Positions 1 through 12,258 of a DNA stretch of 64,000 nucleotides are shown here, in pieces. The DNA comes from Marsupella aquatica. Taxonomy: Eukaryota; Plantae; Marchantiophyta. The position numbers and the translations under genes were made by a program. The notes beneath the pieces are model-generated. The model ran no database searches, was not told the DNA's origin, and saw only the letters and a list, made by a program, of their open reading frames with translations. The number at the start of each line of letters is the position of its first letter. Position 1 is the stretch's first letter. The stretch spans positions 10,665,875-10,729,874 of the forward strand of contig OZ316891.1 in the NCBI GenBank assembly GCA_973895155.1, read 5' to 3'.

Positions 1-3000
1 GAGATTCATCTTGTTCCTTACAGTGAGCATTCCAACTATGAAGAGCTGAGAGAGTACGTGGGCTTCTTGCGACCCAAGGAGATCATACCAACGGTGGGGC
101 TTGACGGCGGAGGGATGGAAAGCAAGGCTGTGGCCGCAATGCGAAAGCATTTCAGGAATCTTGTCGATGAGACTGCCAGCAAGCGGAACTTTCTGAAGGG
201 ATTCAGCAGGAAGCCGGCTGAGGTGAATATTACGCCGATAGCAGTCTGAAAATAAGCCGTCCCCAAATTCAATTTCTTATATAGGCGCTATCTATATATT
301 GGAATCTCGAGATTTGGCTTCTCATAGAGATCTATTAATGTGCAGGATTCGAACAGTTTCGTTGCACCAAAAGCCGTCTTTGGGAGGACAGCAAGGAAAA
401 GGACACGGGAAACAGATGAAGAATTAGCAGAAGGGTATTTAGAATCTTCACCGCTTCTTCCAGAATATCAGCAAAGTTTAAAGAAAGGTAACGAAGTAAA
501 TTATTTAGGGGCGTCCCCGGGGTTGCTGAGAGCTGAACAAGGGAAAGATTGTAGCGAGGACCCGGAAGCGGAAGTCTCAGCCATGGACCTCACTGTAGAT
601 TGTCTTGAAGATGCGACAAAGTCTAGCGTGGAAGCAGTTGTAAGTAGAAACGACGATGTAGGGCATTCTCCAAGCAAAATACCAGCCGGTCAAGTGAATT
701 ACACACCAGGAACAGCCCAACCGGTTAAGGAGGCCAATAGTCAAATTAGGCTCAGTCAGTCTTTGAAGATATCGGATTCCCAAAGAAGCTCAGCTGTTGC
801 GAGCAAGCGTCCAGAAAGTAAAAGTCGAGGACCCAAGAAAAGAGCCTCCGCTGTTAAGAGAAAGCCGAAGAGCAGTTCCAGTCCTTTACCTTTCAAGAAG
901 GGAAGTACGCAATCGCCATCTAGTGCTGGTGCTCAATTTTCGAAGAACCCGAAAGGAATGCAATCTTCAATTCTAAACTTTTTCAAAAAGCCTGCTGAAG
1001 ATCTGGAACCTAGCCAAAGTATACCTGTAGATAATGTGAAACGAGAGTTGACATTCGCAGAAAATTCAGGCCTTCTGAAGCATGTTAGCTTCGAACCTTC
1101 AGTTGTTGGCGATGGCAAAGTTTCGAACCCTGACTCAGTCGAGGTGCCAATTAACCCGAACAAGTGGGCTGATGAATATGAGCAGCTAGCCTCCGTTTTA
1201 GATGGAAATATCTCGACAGAGCAGGCACACTTTTTCCTCGAAAAGTCAAGTGGGAATGTCGGTATTGCTCTGGACTTATTCTACATGGATCAATATGAGG
1301 GTGGTATAAGTGGGCAGTCGAATGCTATCGTCGAGGCAAGGAATTTGAGTAACACCAAAGGTCAGTCTGATGGAAATCCAGGTGGTCCGAATTCTAATGA
1401 CTTGATGGCAGAAGCTATCGCCCTGGACGAAGTCCATGAACCCAAGACACTTCAAGTGCAACAAACAGTCGTAAAATGGGCTGACGAGTACGAACAGCTG
1501 GCCTCAATCTTGGAAGGAAATCTGTCAAGGGAGGAAGCATATCGTTTGTTAGAAAAGGCAGGCGGTGATGTGACAAATGCTTTGGACTTTTTCTACACCA
1601 AGCAAACTGTAGATGAGGTAAACTTGCCTTCAAATACAGCTACCCAGTTACATCTAAATGGAGAAGAGTCTAGCCGTGAGCATACTTATGAGGTGAGTAT
1701 ACCAGCTGGGTTGAAGGTGGAAGTCAGATCTCCGCAGGGTAATGAAGAAGCCCACAAAACTTCCAGCTCTGTTCCGGTTCCTGCCGGTCCAAGTTCTTCT
1801 CTGTTTTCAGATTCCAACAAGAACTCTGAGGGTTCAGGGAAGAAAACTCTTCTTGACAAGAAGACGATGTCTGTTGCAGTTGCAGCGGCAAAATACTCTC
1901 CAGTTGAGCATGGTAAGGTCGTGCCATTTCTTTTCCATGCTTTTGTCGCGGACTCATGATAAAAATTCAATTCAATTCAATTTAAATCAATACAAGACAG
2001 AAGAGGGGCAAATGCTAAATTCTTGCAACCTGGATTCCACAGCTTGCTGGAAGAGAGGAGAACCAGCACCGTACTTGCATCTTGCGCGAGCATTTGATCT
2101 AATTGAGCGAGAGAGTGGACGCTTGAAGACAGCTGACATGCTTTGCAACATGTTTCGCAGGTCCGCCCTTCCATTTGATTGAATGTGCGTCTCTCTCCGT
2201 GTCTATCGCCATGATTGCAAATAAGGATTTGGTTTGCATGTGTGGCAAATGAAACTTTCTGCGACATGTTTTTGGGGCCTTAAATCTCACCTTGATGTAG
2301 ATGAGATGAAATTTTATGAGTTATGGTTGGAATTTCAGAAGGCGCTCTCCTAGAGCTGGAAATACCGTTGTACATGCTTTGAATGCTGCTGACTAAGCTG
2401 AAGAATTTAACGTTTCGTTAATTGTTCCACACATTTATAACGCGGGATTTGTGATTACTTGCAATGCTGTAAATCACTTGCAGTCTGTTGGCTTTATCAC
2501 CAGAGGCTGTGCTTCCAGCTGTCTACCTCACCACCAACCGCATTGTACCTGATTTTGAAAGTGGGGTGAGTTTATCACTACTGGACTTTATTGACTTTGT
2601 CAATCACTGGGGCCTAGGTTTCATTAAGGAGAATTTTTTCCAGCAAACTGTTGTAGACACTTTTCCAGGATTTCATGCAAGCCCAGGGTGTGGGATGAAA
2701 GGTGGATACACAATCTATGAAGGTATAGGCCCCTGACGTTGCCACATTGGGTGCATTGCGGCGCCAGGGGTGTATATGGTAGCTGGACATATAAATCTAC
2801 AGCCTTCAACCTTGAAAGCCTGGTCTATAGTCTTATTTGATTCTGTATTCTCAAAGTACAATCGCCAACTATATGTAAGACAAGTTTGCGTTAAAGGTGA
2901 CAGTTGGTGTTGGAGAAATACGTATGGAACCTCGGCCTTTGTAGAGCAAGAATATGTTCATATTTTTCAGTTTCATAAAGTAATTGAATTCGCCTTGAGA

Positions 3001-6000
3001 AGGACCTTTAGATTGCTCATGGGATTAGTGTGTTCATAGGGGGTTCTCGTAGGTTTCTCTCACTTAAGTTTACCGAGGGTTCACGGTCTCTTTTTACAGG
3101 AGCTAAGCATCGGAGGGAGTCTAGTTAGCTCAGCTATCTCTGAGGTTGCTGGAGTCTCACGGCCAAAACTAAGAGAAATGTACATAACTATGGGTGATCT
3201 AGGTACAGTTGTTCTAAGTGAGACTTTGATGACAGTTCCGTTCACATTTGCATTTAGTTTAGTTTTTCTTGATTCTGTTTACACAGCTTAGGATTGGCTC
3301 TCCAACTTCAATCTTCAAATGTGTAAGTCCCGCCAAGGTTTAGCCGCAGATCCAGCTTGTCTGGAGGAATTTTGGTACTTGCTTCAAGAATATAGTTGAC
3401 TTCTAATTTGCTCTTATGAACAGGTGATGTCGCCCAGGCCTGTCGGCAAACACAGTCAAGCTTAAGACTGCCACCTCCATTAGCCATTTGCCAAGTCTTC
3501 TCCACTCTAAAGCAGATAAGGTAGTGGACCATTTTCTCCACTGACACTTGCATTCTTGATCAATCTATAGTGTTCAACAACTCAATTCACCGCTAAGTTA
3601 TAGCAAATGTCTCTTAACTAGATGCTTACTGAATGTTGTTGTTTGCAAATGTTGTGTTCAGCAAGGCGGCTGGAACTGGGAGTGGTGCTAGAAAAAAAGA
3701 GTTGGTCCTTAGTCTTCTACGTGCGTGTCGAGAGAAGGAGATGAAGTACATGGTTCGAACACTGGTACTGCTTCGCCTTAACCCCTTTGAATGATATGGT
3801 AGGGTATTTTAAACGAAGTGATAGTGGGTCACTCTAGCGTTGAAGATACTTGTCGAAGACTCTGGCGATATTTAAATGGGACGAATATTACAAACTTCTA
3901 GCGATTTTGTCACAGAAATTTACATCAAACCCTGCGATTGTGCATTCCAGATTTTGGATGGATCTTGCTATGTTACCCGTTACGAGAGTCACGTTGGGAT
4001 GATGCTTGATAGACCTTGTTGTTTGGGTGTCCCCTCCTGTTTGGGTGTTCCCTCCTACTAATAGTGAGAATTTTGCAGATACAAAATATGCGGATAGGTG
4101 CGATGATGAAGACAGTTTTGTCTGCGTTGGCTCAAGCTGTTGTTCTCCAGCGTGATTTCTCAGCTGGTGTAGCTCCAGACAGAGAACTTGCAAAACTTAA
4201 ACCAAAATTGCAGGTTGGTCGCCTCCCTCAGTTATGAAAGTCATAATTCGCTATGATTATTTGACTCATTGTTTTGGCTAGGCATTGGATACTGCTAGAC
4301 ATGGCAGTAATATTGTGGAAGATGTGGGCAAGTCTTCAAGACATTAATCTCAAAAGCTGTCAGGTTGCCTATTTTTGTGGGCCAACGAACGATGGAGCTG
4401 CCTCTATGTGTTGAGGGTCTTGGATTCGGTCTAATGTGGAAGGAAGTCAGGAATTCAAGGTAGAGCAAAGAAGTCATGCTTTTCGATGCTAATGCCAGGC
4501 TTTCTCATGATGCAGGAGGCGTCAGCTGCTGTTGTGGAGGCTTACAATTTCCTTCCAAACCTGGTATGTAGACGAGCTTAAATATTCGTTACTTATGTTT
4601 GGTATCCCTTTGATACGATGCCGCCGGTCGTGTTTAGTCGTTTGGGATTCCTAGAGTGCTGAAAAAGAAGACTTGAAATCTGGATGCGATTTTGGCTGCA
4701 AGTTTGGCCTCAGGTTTGGCCATTTGATGAGATACTCGTATTATGTGAAATTATCGTCAGGATCTCATGGTGCCGACTTTGATCAAGGATGGAGTAGAAG
4801 CTTTACCTACGAATTTTACTATGTCTCCAGGAACGCCAATCAAGCCAATGCTCGCCAAGTAAGTATGATCTGTAACTAAATCCCGTTATCAGCTGCAGCT
4901 TTAATAGACAGTTTTTACGATATCCATGTTAGGCATTTATGTTCATCTCCGGTATTGGTGCCCTTGATAGTCCCCTTTATTTGATGAGAAAAATAAGAGC
5001 AGGCATTACTGGTGGCCTTGAGCAGGATTACAAACGGAGTCCCTGAGGTGTTGAAACGATTTCAGCTTCAGCCATTCACTTGTGAATACAAGTAGGTCGA
5101 TGTCTTTCTCATTTTGTCTTCTGAATTTCTAGTTCGGGGTAGTTCCTTATGTGCAAAAGCAGCCAAGCATATTTAATGTCGCCCCGTATTTGGTCTTGTT
5201 AAACTTCCCGTGCAGATATGATGGCCAACGGGCCCAAATTCATATGCTTCTTAATGGGACCATACGCATATTCACTCGAGACTCAGGGGAGGCCACGGGT
5301 CGCTTTCCTGATGTGATAAATATCGTCAAAGAAGCAGCAAGTGAGGATTTAAAATCTTTCATCATTGACGCCGAGGTACACTAAGATATTTCTCATTGAA
5401 TTGATTTAGAATGTTTGTATATGGAAGCTTTTGAAATTCTCTCGTCCGCCCGCACGAAATTCTGCGTGAAAACGTCCTTGAGGTTGTGATTGACAGGTTG
5501 TGGCCATTGATCGGGAGAATGATAATAAGCTCTTGGCTTTCCAGCATCTAAGTACAAGGGAAAGAGGAAGTAAAGATGGAAGTTCAGTAAATCTCCAGAA
5601 TATTAAGGTATAACTCTAGCCCATAAAATAGGCTGCAGAAAAGATTGCCTTCACCTGAGCAATAAACCGTTATTTTAGGGAAAAGTGAAATTGTTCAGTG
5701 AGGTCTTCGGTGCAGTTGCGTCACAGGATGATTGTTTAAGTGATATAAGATTATTTTTCTTTTTGAACGGTCATACTTACTTTTGCTCTCATTTTGGAAA
5801 TCTGTCTGACTGCCAACTCCTTGTTTGGAGTAATTTTGAGGGCAGGTGCATGTGGGCGTCTTTGTGTTTGACATGATGTTCGCCAACAATGAATCGTAAG
5901 TACATTGACCTCTATCAATTGAACTTATTTTCTGAATACTGACATTTGACAGTTTTGCAACAATGCTGAATAAAAGAAGCAGCGAATTGAAGTTTTGGGC

Positions 6001-8667
6001 AGTCTTCATAGCTTGCAAATTGATTAGCTTAAGCAAAGAGTGCTTCATTCCAATTTCCTGTGGAAGAGAGTTAATTTAGCTCCCAATCGTTTTATTGAAC
6101 AGGTTGGCGAAGCTTTCTTTGCAAGAGAGACGGAAATGTGAGTTTGTGACAGGAATCTCTAAAGTTTTCCCGCTGTCCAAATACCGTCGGAAAGCCACTT
6201 TGTTGGATTCCTATGTCAGCCTTCTCTTGGAAGATTTAAAAATAAAATCAAAACAAAAATAAATTGATTATATATAAGCCCTTGAAATAGGGGAAGTCCA
6301 TAGTGATGACAATGGATTAATTTTACCAGAGAGCTGGCAGTAGGATAATGTAGTCCTTTTTGTGAACTTTTGTGAAGTCCTGGTAAAAGTGGATGTAACT
6401 TGTTTCCAGGTATGCAGAAATGGTTCCCGAACATCAAACCTGGCTATTTTGAATATGCAAGTGAAATAACAGTAAGTATCGAGCTACAGTTTTGGGTTAT
6501 ATGTTTTCGTTTACATTGCAAGTTTCGTGCTTGCTCTTTTTGATTCGTATCGGTACCATATTATTATTCTGCGGACGCGGATGAGAAGTTCGTCATGTCA
6601 TATACATTCATGACCTGGCTTCCATTTTGACCTTTGAGCTGGTTTGATTTATCCACGCTCGTGTTTCTAGTTCTCCAGTTAGGAAAGGACATACAGCTTT
6701 TCCAGTCTCTGATTATTCTCAGCAAGCTCGTAAATGTTTTCGGAGATCATTTCCTTGACAGATTCCATTGATATCCCTTGTTTACGAACTATAATTATTG
6801 AGTTTGTGAGTGTTGGTTTATCAACAGTAGGCCTTATGGGCTGGCTAGGATTGAATTCTCCCTTTCGTCGTTCTATTGCGTGGTAACTCTGGCGGCTCGA
6901 CGAATCAACAGGTCGACGCTGATCAAGACCCTGTATCAGTAGCCCAGAAAGTTCAAGGATATTTGGAGGAAGCATTTGCAGCATCATGCGAAGGGCTTAT
7001 GGCAAAAGCTTTAGTAGAGGATTCCAGTTATATGGCTTCCAAGAGATCAGATTCTTGGTTGAAGGTATGGTCTCTGCTAGGATGGTGCTGACATGAGGGC
7101 AATCTTGGGACCCTTGTAATTGAGTAGTAGAAATGTCAACTTACGAAACTTAGCACTGGCAGTGCCCCACGGCACAACGATTATAATGTCACTCACCGGC
7201 AGCAATGATCTCAGGCTTTCATCTATCTGCCTACTGACCAGTTAGAGAAAAGCAACGATTGTGGGGATTTATGCTTGTGGGTTGTCTCATCTTGTCGTGT
7301 TGACCAGATCAAACGGGACTATGTGGAGGGTTTACAAGATTCTCTAGATCTGATACCAATTGGCGCCTGGTATGGCAATGGCCGGAAAGCTGGATGGTAA
7401 GTTTGACTCATCATCCCTGAAAAGCTTTGTAGCTGCTTCTGAAATCTGATTTCAAGCCACGGATACTCAATTTTATAATCACAATTGATGAGTACTGAAC
7501 GATGGCAAGCCAGCTAGTCAATCACGTGAATTGAAAATGAATATTCGGTTATTCATTTCAGCAGAATTTGCTATGAATCCCTCTTTCGCATATATTCCGA
7601 AAATCAATCATGCATCGGATGCTCTTGAGTTAAAAGGGTGATGAAACCGTCGAGACAAGATCGTGGGATATGTTGAGGTTGTGTCCGGACCTGCGAGGCA
7701 TTCCGATGAGCTATCCAAAATCATCTGATAGATCACTTTTAGTGGAAAGATTAGAGTCAAGTTTTATTCTAAGAGAAGTTGACCAGTATTTTAATGTGCA
7801 GGTACAGTCCTTTTCTGCTTGCTTGCTATGATCCAGAGCGTGAGGAATATCAAAGTGTCTGTCGTGTGATGTCAGGTTTTACAGATGTGTTTTACAAAGA
7901 GGTACAAATCAGTTATAGCATTTGCATTTAAAAAGACTCCATTACTAACGTTATTGATCCTAATTACACACCAGGCGTGGTCAAACATAGCTATCTTTAG
8001 ATGTGAGGATTGTGATGTGATTTCACCAACTTGGGTTGGAAAAGTTGAATGCTCCACTGCTTAAGAATAGTCTGGAGTACTGAGTTTATCTATGTTCAGA
8101 TGACAGAGTTCTACTCAGGAGATCGTGTTCTGCCTCAAAAACCGCCCTACTACAGGACAGGGGAAGAGTGTAGTGTGTGGTTCACTCCTGAACTGGTTTG
8201 GGAGATCCTTGGCGCAGGTACAAGCTTCAGGGGATGCTTTTGTTGGATCACGATAAACTAGGACTTTTATAAATTCTTTGGGCATCTATGACGTGGCTTT
8301 TCTTTCTTTCTAGGACATCCCTAGAATGGTTCTGAATGATCCACCCCCTTAGATGACTCTGGCTTTGGAATTGGTATTACAGTGTTGCTTAGTGATTTGG
8401 CTGGATCTTCATTTTTGTGAACTCCCTGGGTGCTTGTTTGCAGACTTCACAGTTTCTCCAGTCCACCAAGCTGCTGTCGGCCTGATCCATCCCTCAAGGG
8501 GTATCTCGATGCGGTTTCCGCGATTCATAAAGTCACGGCCAGACAAGAAACCTGAGAATGCCAACGGTCCATCCGAGATAGCAGATTTGTTTCATAAGCA
8601 GACGCGTAAACTTGACATTCCGGGGTCGTCAGCAAAAGTCAATGCAAAGCAAGACTCTCCTGACTAA
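1..8667 (+). CDS. LIG6: DNA ligase 6 (SNM1-type beta-CASP nuclease domain fused to an ATP-dependent DNA ligase), 5'-truncated by the window edge
   Basis: Frame 1 from base 1 reads EIHLVPYSEHSNYEELREYV (SNM1/beta-CASP C-terminal motif). Spliced GT-AG exons at about 1-222, 346-1912, 2043-2160, 2484-2565, 3100-3202, 3424-3520, 3662-3764, 4079-4212, 4516-4563, 4761-4858, 5026-5091, 5216-5375, 5497-5606, 5846-5895, 6103-6137, 6410-6471, 6912-7064, 7308-7396, 7802-7901, 8100-8217, 8444-8667. Ligase motifs: PGTPIKPMLA, CEYKYDGQRAQ (adenylated Lys), IIDAE, CEGLMAK, WLKIKRDY, SMRFPRF. Stop TAA at 8665-8667. Confidence 0.93.
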
Positions 8668-10412
8668 GGCTCAACACTGGCGTCAGAAGGAGATCCTAAT
8701 CGTGCTACAGGTCCGTGGGATTGCCTGTGTATACGATTCCGACGGGACTCAGAACCATGCAGGGGTTACAATTCAGTGGAAGGACCGGCTCTCCTTACCA
8801 GGCTGGTAAGTTCGGATCCATTTTCCTACTTCTCTGGGGGTGAACATCTACAACTCTTGCTGTCCGCATTCGAATGTTTTGTGAACATGTGAGGTCATCT
8901 TACTTGGCTCTCCATTTTATCGCTTCCCTTGATATTCCTGGAGGATGAGGATCAATGCTATGCTTATGTGGAGGGCTTATGTGGAGTGTTAGCTCTTCAC
9001 TTTTCATGGTGTACAATTTTGAAATGCCGATGAGTAATTCCCTACATTTTGTTGTAGAGTATTGTTGTTCAAACAGGGACAAGTTCTGGATGACTTCAAC
9101 TCCACGGTAAGGGGACAGGAAGCAAGATTGGTGACACAACAATCATGTACATCATGCCTCTGGAGACTCTTCGACAGCGCATCCAATTAAACAGGGACTC
9201 CAAATCATTGAGAAATATGGGAGTCCTGCGTAAATTGAGTTGCATATGATAGCAAGGGATGAAAGTGGCCATAGTGCTCAATTGCTTTACCGTGTAGCGC
9301 TTCTGTGTTTACGAAAGGATGCCAAGGGCCCGCTGAGCGAACTTTATGTCACGATTGAAGTGGGTTATCAACAATATCGGAACAAGCATGAAGGTGAGTG
9401 AAAATCCCGTTACAGAGTGATAAGTGCAGATAATGTTTGAAGTGTGTAAACTAATTAATTCTATATAGACACATCCGCTTCCGCTGATGATTCGTCTCTG
9501 CATGGATTTGACAAGGTGAAAGTAGTCAGTTCATATGTGGGGCTCATGCTAGAAATGCTCGTCTCTTGAGCCATGTGGTCCTCATTTCTGAATGGGAACA
9601 TCAGAAGCTTGAACAGTTGTGGGTCTTACCGGAGGAAGAGTACTACTGAAGACCTGACTGAAATAAAGCGAATGCGAAAACTCACAAAAGATCATTTACA
9701 GTCATTTCTAAGATTGATGGAACTTGGAGTAGACTTTCCAATTGGTAGCCTCGCCTGCACCAGCCAATTGATTCAGATTGCATTACTATTGTAATTGTTG
9801 AAGTATCCGGCTACCTCTTCAGTTAATTTGAGCGCATATTCTTTTGTTCTTCAAAGTGTGATATGAAGGAAGGAGATTGAAGAAAGAAACTTATCAAATA
9901 GATCAAATCAATATGAGATGGAATAGTTCATGAACACGGAAATTTGTATACATGCAAGTTTTGACTACCGTAGCTGGCATGAATCATTAACAACGAATAT
10001 TTGGGATTATGGTTGATAGACACTCGTGGTGACAAAAGGTTCGAAGACTGCACTGAAGTACAGAGTGAGCAATGGATTCTATATCAATCTGCAAACTTTC
10101 GGATCCACAAAATACGGCTAGGAAAGCGGAGGTATCCAGATACCTTGAGCAACGATTGCATCGTGTTAGAAAAAGCGCACCATAATGATTGAAACTTTTT
10201 GAAAGGTAAACTTAAGCTGAGACCCATTTCAAGAAAGCCTTCTTGCTTGTTTTGTCCCCTTGGGGTAACCTCAACAGCGATTCAATCCCATTACAATGCA
10301 ACAAAGGACCTGATGGGGCCTTAGGAGTCAAACAACCCCTCGGCAGGCCCCTGCTTTGGAAAAGGGCCTCACAATAAAGGACACAATAATAGCAAGGAAT
10401 GATTTCTGCTCA

Positions 10413-11480
10413 CCTTATTTATAAGTGGGTAGTGAAGGGGAGCTAGAGTAGGGACTAGGCTTCTAGAGCTAAACCTCTAGACCTTGACTCTAGGGCCCCA
10501 CCAAAATGTATGTGCATACAAAACAATATGTGCATGGAAAGAATGATAGGCCCCCACCAAAATGTATGTGCATACAAAACAATATGTGCATGGAAAGAAT
10601 GATAGGCCCCCACCAAAATGTATGTGCATACAAAACAATATGTGCATGGAAAGAATGATAGGCCCCCACCAAAATGCATGTGCATGAAAAAAAATGGTGT
10701 GCAGAAAGAGAATGACTGATGTTAAAATGATGACATGTGCCATGATTTCTATCATCATCTCAAAGTTCACAATGACTCTTAGTAAAGACAAAACTAAAAA
10801 TATGATGGACAAAAAAATGGGGCAAAGATGAAAGGGAATTAGGGTAGAGTAATTTTTGTGGAAAATGTTGTTTTTTTGGTCTGTTTTCATCGATCTTCTT
10901 GGGGCATGAATCCAAATCTGGGGTGGGAGTAAAAAAGAGGATCAGATGGGGTGAGTTTTTGGAGGTTAGACCAAACAGCCAAAAAGGCTGAGAGTCCCCA
11001 AACCAATAATCGCACAAGAGAAATGAAACCAGATTGATGTTCAGGTGGGCCACCATGTGCACTCTGAAAAACATTTTTTAAATCGTCCATTGAGGGTTAT
11101 CATTCTATCCACTCTTCCTTTCTTAAGCTTATGTTGCTTTCCGTTTCGAGAAACGAGCCTGAACTCCCTTATTTTCAAATATTAATAGAAACGATGACAA
11201 AAATTATTGTCAATGATAATCATTTTGAACATTTAAAATATTCCATGTTTATTTCCATCCACAGAAATCTTGATAAGAGACTTCACTCTAGAAACTTGGA
11301 CCCCAACTCTAATTTCTCATAGCAATTAGTTATATAGACTAGCCTATTACCCTTTGAATGTAAACAGAATACTATGCTATTTCCCTTTCATCTTTGCCCC
11401 CCTCCCTATTTTTTGTCCACCTTTACTTCCAATTTGTCCTTATTTATAGTTACAGCTTCATTCTAGACTATAGCCCTAGA
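10413..11480. mobile_element. Cluster of non-autonomous Helitron-like dispersed repeat fragments in both orientations
   Basis: 10433-10518 (+) and ~11270-11338 (-) both resemble 62848-62925 (GAAGGGAAGCTAGAG...TTCTAGAG...CCTCTAGAC). 10805-10851 is an inverted match to ~11372-11420. On the minus strand a CTAG/TCTATATAA junction lies at 11342-11330. Confidence 0.55.
10491..10686 (+). repeat. 56-bp tandem repeat, about 3.5 copies
   Basis: Unit GGCCCCCACCAAAATGTATGTGCATACAAAACAATATGTGCATGGAAAGAATGATA. The CCAAAATG anchor recurs at 10501, 10557, 10613 and 10669, and the full copies are near-identical. Confidence 0.95.
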
Positions 11481-12221
11481 AAGTAACTTTTCATGGTGCT
11501 TGATTAGTGGGAGACACTCTACCACTTTTGAGCATCTAATTTAATTTCTTTGTTCACTCTTAAATTGAGTCACACTTAGTTTTGGCTGAATCCCTATCCT
11601 CAGTACCCCACCTCCCTCTACCACACCACCACCACCACACAAAATCGAAAAACAAAACGACAACTAAAAACAGGAAAATGAAAAGAAAGTATAAATCCCC
11701 AACTGGGTGTTTTTTCTTTCTTTCTTTGCAGACCCCACTGTAGTACTTTCAACCCACTTATTGGTGACCGGTAACCGGCTCGTGACTAGACTCCAGCGAA
11801 GGACAGCAGTCCGTACTCGAGACGTGTCTGCTCTGTGGGCAGCCCTTCCCGGACGTGTTCTTCGGACGAACGAAGCCGTTTGCCTCGGCCCGAACCGCCT
11901 TCTTCCAAATTCAGCTCCGTTCAAATACACTACTACTACAAACAAATTATCTCCATCTAGCGGGCAGGACGTTGCGATCGTCTTCTGGAGGAGATCTCCG
12001 CCGTCCGGAAAGTTTAATTTAACTAATAGATGGGCGGAGAACGTCTCGCCAACTGTACACTTGATTGGTCCCGCCGTTAGTCTCGGCCTCGGCTTCTCCA
12101 AATTTAAAAACATTTTGTCTCGGTTTATTTGAGATTTTTCGAGATCTAGCGGACAGGCTTCTGCTATCGTGCTAGGATGAAATCTTGGCCGTTTAAAATA
12201 CTCTTTGTCTTTCTGTCGTGT

Positions 12222-12228
<7 letters not shown>

Positions 12229-12255
<27 letters not shown>
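12229..12255 (+). repeat. (CT)n microsatellite / pyrimidine patch, probably near the MLF transcription start
   Basis: Uninterrupted CT run. TTTAAAA at ~12192 and ATTGG (reverse CCAAT) at 11760 and 12064 lie upstream. Confidence 0.85.

Positions 12256-12258
<3 letters not shown>

Noticed and set aside
4019-4056. 18-bp tandem duplication in a LIG6 intron (similar short duplications at 21463-21504 and 42958-43009)
   Set aside because: Ordinary slippage duplications with no evident function.
6679-6729. Possible 51-nt in-frame cassette exon in LIG6 (CAG/TTAGGA...CTC/GTAAAT)
   Set aside because: The flanking exons already join in frame, the peptide shows no ligase similarity, and there is no transcript evidence.
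10491-10686. CRISPR-like array
   Set aside because: The units are fully repeated with no unique spacers, there are no cas genes, and the context is eukaryotic. It is a minisatellite.
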